Source: Raja brachyura | Lineage: Eukaryota | Direction of reading: 5' to 3' | Assembly (NCBI GenBank): GCA_963514005.1 | Contig: OY740791.1 | Location: 17,360,001 to 17,424,000, forward strand | Length of the DNA stretch: 64,000 nt | In this document: positions 24,801 to 36,800 of the stretch, piece by piece | Layout: every line of letters starts with the position of its first letter | Numbering within the stretch: the stretch's first letter is position 1 | Notes under the pieces: model-generated | Databases searched by the model: none | What the model was told of the DNA's origin: nothing | The model's input: the letters and a program-made list of their open reading frames with translations, nothing else | Translations under genes and position numbers: made by a program

Positions 24801-27800
24801 GCCTGGAGAGCCTCAACCGAAGCGTGAGCTGCATCAACTGCCAAAGATCCTATAGGATCTGTGATGCCGACCGTGAAAGGGAGGGAGACGGGGAGGGAGA
24901 CGGGAAGGGAGAAGAAGAGGGAGACGGGGAGGGAGAAGAAGGAGTGGAGACGGGGAGGGAGAAGGAGTGGAGACAGTTTTAATAAGTTTAATAAAGTTAG
25001 CGGGCATTTTACCTTCCGGCGGATCTTCCCACTTAGGAAACCAGAACGGAAACCTCTGGAGACCTTGCGCCCCACCCAATGTTTCCATGAGGTTCCGGTC
25101 ACTCCCCCTAATTGTGGAAAGTGGTTTCCGTGTATTCGTGGCTTCGGCTATGTTCCTGCGATTATTTTTTTTTAAAAACCCAAAACCGTCCGCAACTAAA
25201 AATAGGTTGCCGTTTTGTCGAAGCCAGTGGTGGGGTTGCATTTTTACTTACAGTCAATCGAAGGCCTTCACTGACCGGCCATTCTGATTGGCTCATCGGA
25301 GTTTTCAGCAAAGAAAACTTTGGTTTTCGGGACCTAGAAGATCCGCCGGAAGGTAAAATGCCCGCTAACTTTATTAAACTTCCTAAAACTGTCTCCACTC
25401 CTCTCTCTCCCTCCCACGCTCTCTAACGGACTTACCGTGCTCTGTGGCAGCTGTTTAATTTCCTCTTTACACTGAGAAAACGCTCCTCCGCTGTCCCTGG
25501 CCCCCACCTTCGTGATGGGTGGGNNNNNNNNNNNNNNNNNNNNNNNNNNNNNNNNNNNNNNNNNNNNNNNNNNNNNNNNNNNNNNNNNNNNNNNNNNNNN
25601 NNNNNNNNNNNNNNNNNNNNNNNNNNNNNNNNNNNNNNNNNNNNNNNNNNNNNNNNNNNNNNNNNNNNNNNNNNNNNNNNTCCTTGGTCAGTAGATGCAG
25701 CTCACGCTTCGGTTGAGGCTCTCCAGGCAATTGACCAGAACCTCTGGTGACTCATAGAGAATGACCAGAACCGCCGGGAACCTCACGGAAACCTTGGGTG
25801 ATGCACACGGTCTCCAGAGGTTTCCATTCAGGTTTCCTAAGTGGGACAGGGGCTTTAGGGTACATACAAGATGAACTTGTTTATATCAAACCATAATATC
25901 GTTACCATTCAAATTATACTTTGAGAATTAAAAAAACTGGCAAGAGAATACAGCAACTGATGTTACTCATAGATCCAATTGGTAATTGTTAAAACATTAA
26001 TTACCAAAAAATTAATGTCATGTAATAACCTAAAATTTAGTGATGGCATTAGAATCAGTTTAGCACAGTACAGATGGTCTTTTAACTGATTAAAAAAAAA
26101 TGTTTTAATAATAAATAAAATTTAATAAAGAGACAGCTCACTCCTGCAACGTTTAATATTTTGGAGAAAATGTTTTCAATTTTAAACTCTTCATGTTATG
26201 CAACTCGTGAAGAACCAAAATAAGATGTTAAGAAAATCAATGCAGGTATATTAATAGCATCATATTCACTTTCAAAATTGATATATTTATTGACTAAATA
26301 ATGGTATACAGATGCTATTTACAACATGGATTTTTGTTAGCTATATTTTCAGAACGTCAAAATTTCAATACTTCCTGGAAAACAAAATGAAGCCTTGACT
26401 AACAGCAGCAAGGCAATATTCACGTATTTCACCACAAAAAAATGTTAACAAAGCAAGTTATTAATTCTTTCATTTTTGTGCTGAACATCTTAAAATGGAA
26501 CTGTAAAATGCTGTTGTACCAATGTGATAAAGGCCGTCACCTGCTGTGTGAAATCTTGTGTTCCTGTTCACAAGATTTCACACAGCAGACAGGAACCCGT
26601 ATGCGAGCCTGTTGCAGATGCTAAGAACAGTTCTTCTAAAATAATGTTTCCTTAAGACTATTTAGTTTAGGGTTTATGCATCTGAATGGCAGGCAGGATT
26701 AATGTAACAGTTCAGCAAATTTGGGGTCACAAGGCTCAAAATCTAATGGAGAGAAAAAGACGATGTAACTAGATACCAAAGCTGTTATAATTTCGAACAA
26801 CATTTAATAATGTGGCAGAGTAACTGACTTATAAAAACCTGAAAGAGTGCCTGACAAATGTTTTAGCTACTTAAGAAAAAAATCAAATGGAAAAAGGGCA
26901 ATCTTGTTATGCAGTTAACTGCATTCACACGACATTAACCATTCTAATTTAAAACTGAGTGTTTTACGACAAAGGCTGTTAAGTTGATACAGAATTGCAT
27001 AAAGGCTCGGTCTCAATTACATTGAGCAAATTACCTATGCTGATTTCTCCTTCCAGAACCCCCCCCCCCCCCACACACCTAGAAAGTTATGTAGGTAAAT
27101 GGGATTAGTGTAGCTGGGGCAGCAGTCGGTACAGATGTGGTGGACTGTTTCTGTGCTGTACGCCTCCGAGTTTGATTTTGAGTGCTTGGCAAGAATGGGC
27201 CTTCAGCAGCACATCTCCTATCCTGTACATATGCTAAGCATTAAAATAAAAGACAAATTGCTGGAATAACTCAGCTGGTCAGGCAGCATCTCAGAACATG
27301 GATAGGTGACATTTCAGGTCGAGACCCTTTTTCAGACTGGGACCCTTCTTCAGACTATCAATCATTCAAATTGTAGCACTTGCCAAAGATCCTGACATTG
27401 ATCACGATACTTTAAACAATCAATCACAATCCTTGGATGGACAAATATTTACACTGGGTGCGGCTTGGGACAAACAGGCAGGGATACAATAACTTATTGT
27501 CAGGTAATTAGATTAGCAGCCAAAGATTGGGATCGATGATCCTGAAGCACTAATTTGAGTCACATTGCAACACTGAGATAATTTAAATTCAGTTAGTTAA
27601 AATAGTTGAAATAAAGCAATGAAAGCTAGCCTTAGTAACAGTGGCCATGAAACTAAACTGCCATAAAAACCCATCTGGTTTACTAATGTCCTTCAGGGAA
27701 GAAAATCTTCCATATAATTCTAGATCCACCGAGTCACTAGATCTTGAAAGGTCAATATCAATTGTAAAACTTTCTTAATCTGTTCCAATAATAAAGCCCT

Positions 27801-30800
27801 CAGTGGTTTTTCAAAGGGGTCCCTAATTGGTTTCCTTTCTGGGACACAATCAAGTCTCGCAGATACTCACCTCTACCCTTAAGTGTGCATGCTCACAGTC
27901 CTTAGAATTTGCATCGTTTGGAAGGGGCAAATTATGCATCGAAAACGTTATCAGCGCACACCTCTATCAATATCTTGTAACTAGGTAAATCACCCTGAGC
28001 TTGATAAGGTACTGAGTCAGGATACCATGACACAGCCCAACATGCTTTCAATGGAATATGCATCCAAGCAGAAGCGAGCCGGACATTTGGCTTAATCTGT
28101 CGGCTCACGTCAGTAGAACACAAAGTGCTGAAGTAACTCAGTGGGTCATCCAGCATCTCTAGAAGACATGAATAGGTGACGATTCAGGTTGAGACCTGAA
28201 GACCAAATTGAAACATCACCTATCCATGTCCTCCAGAGATGATACCTGATAAGCTGAGTTACTCCAGCACTTTATGTTCCACACAAGATTATAGCATCTG
28301 CAGTTCCTTGCATCTCCACCTCACATCAAATGTGTTTTTCAGAATTCTTGAGAATTGGCAAGCTCTTCTTCAGCATTCCTTATACGGGGCCAGGAAGCTT
28401 TGTTGCAAGTAGTACCAATCACAAATCTATCTAACTCAGGCTGACTTTTTCCTACTTGTCCACAATCATTCAGGATCCTAATTATTACCTTTCTTTCTTG
28501 TCATTCCAATAGTAGATAACTATTGAGAAGCAAAGTACAAGCCCTCATGATGATGGCTTGATTGGAGATGATTGTTAATTCTCGGAAGTAGCAACCAGAG
28601 CAACAGAATTGATCAGCTAATATCGTTGTTTGATGAGCGGCATGAACACCACATTTCAGTTTGGTATGTGGCATTTCAGCGAAAACAGTTTCCCTCTGCA
28701 ATATCACTAAAGGACTTGTACTCAAGGTATTTCATGCCCATCTATAATTTAGGATATGTTAACAATTGCTAACAGAAACCTAAATTTGTCAAGTGTATTC
28801 ACAGTAATGAAATATTTCAAAGGGCTTCACAAATGACTACAAATGAAGGTGCCACAGTAAAGGCAATTAATGTTTTGTTGATGAGGTAACTATGAGATGA
28901 TTATTAAAGATGGAGGCTCTTGGCAACCCTTCCCTACATTTCCACGATATCCTGCTATTAACCGTAAGCTACGACATTCAATATGGTAAAATACAGAACC
29001 CAACTTGATCCTGCAGACATTCAAATCCCGAATGACATACCAGGCATTCTCCAACAGTTTTATCTAGGTCTTCATTGGACAATTAGGATGACTCTACTCC
29101 CAAGTGTAGGCCAAAATCACCTCTATACGCCTGTATCCTCTTGTCAAAAATTCACACCACACTCATATTTGCACCCCTCATTTGAACATATTCATTTCTT
29201 TAATATTCAGGAAAATATGCCAGAAAATCTTTGGACACTCCCAAAACACCCATTAGCTCTTCTTGTATTTGGATGTTGGTGCAACTAAAAATAGGATTAA
29301 ACCTATCTTGCCTCCTTTTCATCACAGTTCTAACTAAATTGAGATATTAAGGTGCAAATGGGAGAGTCAACTCAATCTCTTAACTGACATCCACCAACAT
29401 CATGCACTGGTCAACCCAATGTTCAACTTGGTGCATAACACACAGCATCTCCAAGTAAATCTACCAGCATCATTACTGATGAAGGGTCTCGATCCTAAAT
29501 ATCACCCATTCCTTCTATCCAGAGAAGCTGCCTGTCCCGCTGAGTTACTCCAGCATTTTGTGTCTATCTTTGATGTAAACCAGCACCTGCAGTTCCTTCC
29601 TACGACATCATTACAGATCACGTTGACAAAAGGCAAACTAATTATTTCAAAAATGGTTCAAACGTAGAGATATCTCACCAACTTAAAAACTGAAGATAAC
29701 ATTTCATGGGATGGGTGACAGAGGAAATATGTCTCAAACCTCATACGAGGAAACAACGCTAAATCTGCTAACTACACAAAAATACTAGACTCAGTGCACA
29801 CACATCTTGGATAAAATTTAATACAATTTATGTATCCCAAAGTTTCCAACTTCTTTCGGATTGCATCCGGTACCAGGTCTCTACTAAGCTCAACTTTTAT
29901 TCTATGTGGGACTCCTACGAGGACCATATACATATTGTGCTGACCCAAATAGGTGTTTTTTTTTTCAAATTCACAAGGACCATTAAAATGACCTGGGCAT
30001 AACAGCTGGCAACAAATACCAACTTGCTCCAACAGACCTCTAAATCTAGTATTATGTGCCAGGCTTCCTCATTAAATGCTTTATCTAAGTCTGCATTAAA
30101 CAAGCATGGATCTTCCTGAGTGTAGGCCAGTCATCTCCATACAACTGGATGCACTTTTGTCAAAAATCCATCCTACAGCTCAGTCCTGCATTTCTTAAAC
30201 TGAATTCAGTTTTTCTTAGAACTAGCTCCAATGAAATTTCAAATCTGATTATTAGCGTGCCTTGCACAAATGAGAAGAATGATTTCCTATCCTCAAAAAC
30301 AACAAGTTGTCTGTTTCTAATATCCCCTTCATTTGACTATTTAGAATTAAGACATGAAATCTATTTAAACCTGCCAATTGACTTAACTATTTGCCAGTTT
30401 ACCAAAAGTCCATGAACGCAACCACATTAAAATCTCGGTTATCCTAGAATATGGAATCACCCAAAAACTTCTCAAGAGCTGAACTTGCTTCATTGACATC
30501 TGCATACATCTTCTAAAATCAGTTAGCTGCATATTTTATTTCCCACCTTTTCCTTTCTTTGCGATTCTGGCTCCAAATGATTAGAAAGGGGGAAGGACAC
30601 TATAAATTTATAATCCACAGTAAAGTACATTAATATCCTCCCTTAACCAGTGAAAACAATCAAAAACTCACCTTTATTAATTACTGAAAGAGTACTTCCA
30701 ACATTCGCTGGAGATTGGTCCGGTTCCTGGGGTGGAACCACCATGGCAAGTGCTTGCACCGGTACCCTGGGGGCCTGGAAATAACACAATTACAGAATAA

Positions 30801-33800
30801 GACAGGTATAAACATATAAACTTGCACACACATCCACAAATAACAACAGCTTTCGAATTGAATTCAGACTAACAAAAGTTTTCCATCTTTAAAGCTTAAT
30901 TTTGCAGAAGTCAAACTAAATCGAACGACAAACCCATTGTGGCTGTGCCAGTTCCTTGAATGTGCTATTGAAGGTCTTATTTCCTTGCCCTTTTTCTATA
31001 ACCTTTTTTTTTTAAACCTCTTTTAAAGCATCTGCATGATTTGCTTTGTATTCCTGGAAGGAATATGCAACTGCTCTTAGTTAATTACCTTAAACCAGAA
31101 CTACTTACTGCCCCTTCCGAAACTGGAAAGTACTAATTGAAAAAAAACGTCATTTTAAATAAACAAATGACATATGCCCTTATATTTCCCAGTTAAAGTG
31201 AATAATCTCAGTTTCCCTTATCTATTCACGCAATGGCATCCCCAATACCATTCTTGTAAATCTAACCCAAACCATGATAAGACCAGAAATGCAGAATCCC
31301 CAGCAAGACTGATCCACGTCTCCGAGGAATTAAGGAACAGAATGAAGTGTGTGGCTGTGTCTATCACTGTCAGGCTGTTGTTCAACATCATCTCCTCTAA
31401 ACTTCATCAAGCTCAGGGAACTAGGTGTCTCTTCATCCCTATGCAATTGGATCCTCGATTTCCTCATTGGCAGACTTAAACCAGCATGAATTGGCAAAAC
31501 ATTTCCTCCTCAATAAGCATGAGCACAGGGATACCTCAAACCACAGCTCCAACACCATCTTTAAATTTACTGATGATACCACCATTGTTGGATGAACAAC
31601 AGGTAGCAATGAGTACGATTACAGGAGGGAGATGGATAATCTGATTGAATAATCGCAAAACCACAATATTGTTCTCAATGTCAGCAAGACTATAGAGTTG
31701 TTTTTTGACTTCAGGAAGGGAAAGCTGATGATCCACAAATGGATCTTCATTGGTAGAGAGACACAGCTTTAAGCTCCTGGGCGTGCACATCTCTGAAGAT
31801 ATATCCTGGGCCAAGCACATTGATGCATCTGATGCCTTGCATTAGGGGTAGTGAAACTATTGAAGATGATTCTTTGGGCTAGGAATTTCATTTTGAAGAG
31901 AATGCAACAATTAGGCACAGTCAGCATGGTTTTATCCAGGGACCGTCATGATTTCCAAACTGAGATTTGTTTGTGATATACATTAATGAGTTAGACATAA
32001 AAAGATGCATTGGTTTGTATGACACAAACATTGATGAGTTAGTTCGTGAGGAAGGCCATCAAAGGACACAGATCAGGTACAGATATGGGTGGAAAAATAT
32101 CAGAAAGTCAAGTGTGGGAGGCCAAATGTAAGGAGAAAGTATACAATTAATGGCATGACCCTAAACAGCATTGATATACAGCATTGATATAAGGATAAAT
32201 CCTTGGGTGCAAGTCCATAGATCTCTGAAAGCGACACCTTAAGTCGATAGAGAGATAAAGAAGGCATATGGTATGCTTGGTGGTTGGACATTGAGCACAA
32301 CATTGAGGAAGTCATGATGCTGCTTTATAAACCTTTGGTTAGGCCATATAACCATATAACAATTACAGCACGGAAACAGGCCTTCTTGACCCTTCCAGTC
32401 CGTGCCGACCATTTATTTTCCCCTAGTCCCATCTACCTGCACTCAGACCATACCCCTCCATTCCCTTCCATATACCTATCCACTTTACTTTTAAATGTTA
32501 AAATCGATCCTGCCTCCACCACTTCTGCAGGAAGATCATTCCACACAGCCACCACTCTCTGAGTAAAGAAGTTCCCCCTCATGTTTCCCCTAAACTTCTG
32601 TCCCATAATTCTCATGTCATATTTGAAGTAATGTGTGCTTTCTGGTTGCCTTATTGCAGGAAGGATGTGGAGGCATCGTTTCCCCTAAACTTCACCAAAC
32701 ACAGGGAACTGGGTATCTCTTCATCCCTATGCAATTGGATCATCGACTTCCTCATTGGCAGACGTAAACCAGTATAAATTGGCAAAACATTTCCTCCTCA
32801 ATAAGCATGAGCACAGGGACACCTCAAACCACAGCTCCAACATCACCTTTAAATTCACTGATGATACCACCATTTTTGGATGAATAACAGACAGCAAAGA
32901 GTCTGATTACAGGAGGGAGATGGGTAATCTGATTGAATAATGGAGGGATCTTTGCAGAAAGGTTTATCAGGCTGCTCTCAGGATTAGAGGGTTATAGCTA
33001 CAAGGAGAGGTTGAACAAACGTGGATTGTTTTCTCTGGAGTGTCAGAGGCTGAGGAGAGGCATAAATAGGGTAGACAGAATTTTATTTCCTGCATTGAAA
33101 TGTTAAATACTAAACGATATAGCTTTGAGGCAAGAGGTGTGTTGGGCAAGTTTATGGTTTTTTGTTGGGTGCCAGGTATGCACTGCCATAGGTGGCGGTA
33201 GTGGAAGCAGATATGACAGTGGCATTTAAGGGGCTTTCAGATACACATAAATGTGGAGGGAAATGGCTAATGTGCAGGCAGACAGGAATTAGTTTAATTT
33301 GGCATCTTGAGGCCATAGGGGCTGTTTCTGTACTGTTTGTTGTACGTTGTAACAATATCAAGATTCTGCACCATACGCACTTTCCACAACACTCCCAAAG
33401 GCACCAGGATCCCAAGGACCGACTTATTTGACAGCTTTGTGCATTTTCTCTGTTGCATCTTGCCTGACCCTCCAAATCATCCATGGATCAGAAATAGCTC
33501 TTCGAGTTACTGGGTTGGTGTAAATGCAATATCCGTGTAGAAGTCGAGATGTCAATTACCACTTCTTCAGGGCTCGGCTCTGATAATCTAACTATTTATC
33601 ACCCTAAATTCACTGTATAAACTATGAATAATGATTTGGCAACCCTCCTTATGCTACAAATTGACATGTGGTATTTGATTCAATTAACATTAAGAACTCA
33701 ATCACCCAAGTCAGTACTTCAATGTGGTACTTTTAACATCAGTTGGTTTTACCTACAAATTTTGGAAGGGAACAAAGAAAGACAAAAACGTCAAATTTAA

Positions 33801-36800
33801 GAAGAAAAAAAAGGAATCTCTGATCTATGGAGAAAAAAAAAAATTGTTAATTGACAAATGCATGTCAATTTGGGAACTGCTTCCAAGGCTGAACGTACTA
33901 AATTACACCAATAGGAGGTCACATTGTTTCCTGCTCTATGCAATGTTTTGATTTCTTAATCAATTCTAACATAGTCTAGAATACTGTGGTATTTTTACCT
34001 GGTGAACAAAGTGGCATAAATGAGCCACTGATGGTTTCAGCAGGGAAACTTTGGAAATGGTGCCACCAATTGTAGAAATGTGCTTGTATAATTTGCAAAA
34101 AACAATGGGAAATATACTTGGGTGGTAGAATGGCACATTTCAGGTAACGTCAGCCCTAAAAGCTTACACTTTGAAGATAGCTGGATTTGCATAACTCCTT
34201 TTTCTCTCATAAAGTTTTTTCTCACCTCAGTCTTAAATGGCCACCCCTTTATTCTAAGACTGTGACCCCTGGTTCTGGACTCGCCCAACATTGGGAACAT
34301 TTTTCCTGTATCTAGCTTGTCAAGTCGTTTTATAATTTTATATGTTTCTATAAGATCCCCCTCATCCTTCTCTATAAGATTAACCCCTCATCAGACTGAA
34401 GAAGAGTCTCGACCCGAAACATCATCCATTCCTTCTCTCCAGAGATGCTGCCGGTCCCGCTGAGTTACTCCTGCATTTTGTGTCCATCTTCAAATGACGT
34501 CACGCGCTCCAGACGGCCGTGCGGATGTATGATGACTTGCGTGACCGTCGCGCGTCAGTCACTACTGGCCTTCGCATAAATGACGGCCCAAGTGGGACAG
34601 GCCCTTAAGGATTCATGAGATATGGGAATACCATGGAAATGTGGTGCCACATTAGAAAATAAATGACTTAAATGAGTGGACAGGCGCTCGAGTCAAATGC
34701 CCCATTACTGCTGCTTTTATGATTGTGTAAACGTACAGTTCTTCATCACATACAGTGCCCTCCATAATGTTTGGGACAAAGACCCATCATTTATTTGTCT
34801 CTGTACTCCTCAATTTGAGATTTGGAATAGAAAAAAATCACATGTGGTTAAAGTGCACATTGTCAGATTTTATTAAAGGCCATTTTTATACATTTTGGTT
34901 TCACCATGTAGAAATTACAGCAGCGTTTATACATAGTCCCCCCATTTCAGGGCACCATAATGTTTCACAGGCGTTTGTAATTGTTCAGGATGTGTTTAAT
35001 TGCCTCCTTAATGCAGTTTTGAGAGCTCTCAGCACCTAGTCTTTCCTCCAGTCTTTCCATCACCTTTGGAAACCTTTATCAACAAGGACCAAAGTTGTGC
35101 CAATGAAAGTCAAAGAAGCCATTATGAGACTGAGAAACAAGAATAAGACTGTAAGAGACATCAGCGAACACATAGGCTTACCAAAATCAACTGTTTGGAA
35201 CATCATTAAAAAGAAAGAGAGCACTAATGAGCTTACTAATCGCAAAGGGACTGGCAGACCAAGGAAGACCTCGACAGCTGATGACCGAAGAATTCTCTCC
35301 ATAATAAAGAAAAAAACCCCAAACACCTGTCCGACAGATCAGAAACACTCTTCAGGTGTGAAACAGAAATACAGAGGCTACACTGCAAGATGCGGACCAC
35401 TGGTTAACAGGATTTTAATGTTACAGTTTGCCAAGAAGTACTTAAAAGAGCAACCACAGCTCTGGAAAAAGTCTAAGGAAGAGACGAAGATTAACTTTTC
35501 TCAGAGTGATAGAAACATAGAAAATAGGTGCAGGAGCAGGCCATTCGGCCCTTCGAGCCAGCACCGCCATTCAATGTGATCATGGCTGATCGTCCCCTAT
35601 CAATAACCCGTGCCTGCCTTCTCCCCATATCCCTTGACTCCACTAGCCCCTAGAGCTCTATCTAACTCTCTCTTAAATCCATCCAGTGACTTGGCCTCCA
35701 CTGCCCTCTGTGACAGGGAATTTCATAAATTCACAACTCTCTGGGTGAAAACGTTTTTTCTCACCTCAGTCTTAAATTGCCTCCCTCCCCTTTACTCTAA
35801 GATGGCAAGAGCAAAGTATGGAGGAGAGAAGTAACTGCCCAAGATCCAAAGCATACCACCTCATCAGTGAAACACTGTGGTGGGGTGTTATGGCCTGGGC
35901 ATGTATGGCTGCTGAAGGTACTGGCTCACTTATCTTCATTGATGATACAACTGCTGATGGTAGTAGCATAATGAATTCTGAAGTGGAGAGACACATCCTA
36001 TCTGCTCAAGTTCAAACAAATGCCTCGAAACACACGGCGGTTGGCCGGTGGTTCATTCTACAGCAAGACAATGATCCCATACATACTGCTATAGCAACAA
36101 AGGAGTTTTCCAAAGCTAAAACAATGGTCAATTCTTGAGTGGCCAGGTCAATCACCTGATCTGAACCCAATTGAGCATGCCTTGATATGCTGAAGAGAAA
36201 ACTGAAGGGGACTAGCCCCCAAAACAAGCGCAAGCTAAAGATGGCTGCAATACAGGCCAGGCAGAGCATCACCAGAAAAGACACCCAGCAACTGGTGATG
36301 TCCATGAATCGCAGACTTCGAGCAGTCATTGCATGCAAAGGATATGCAATAAAATACTAAGCATGACTACTTTCATTTACATGACACTGCTGTGTCCGAA
36401 ATATTATGTTGCTCCTGAAATGGGGGGGGGGGGGGGGGGGGGGAGACTATGTATAAACACTGCTGTAATTTCTACATGATGAAACCAAAATGTATAAAAA
36501 TTGCATTTATTAAAATCTGACAATGTGCACTTTAAACACATGATTTTTTTATATTACAAATCTCAAATTGCGGAGTAGAGGCAAATAAATAAATGATGGA
36601 TCTTTGCCAAACATCATGGAGGGCAGTGTACCTATTGCTATTTTGTTCCAAGTTAAATAACATTTTAAATAGAGCAGTTTAAAAGTTAAGATAGTTCACA
36701 AAGTGTAAAAACTTAACTTAAAATGAATTGCATGCAAGGTTATACAGAAGAACCATAAGCAGCCAAAAATTCAAAGTTTGATAAAAATGTCTTGAATACC

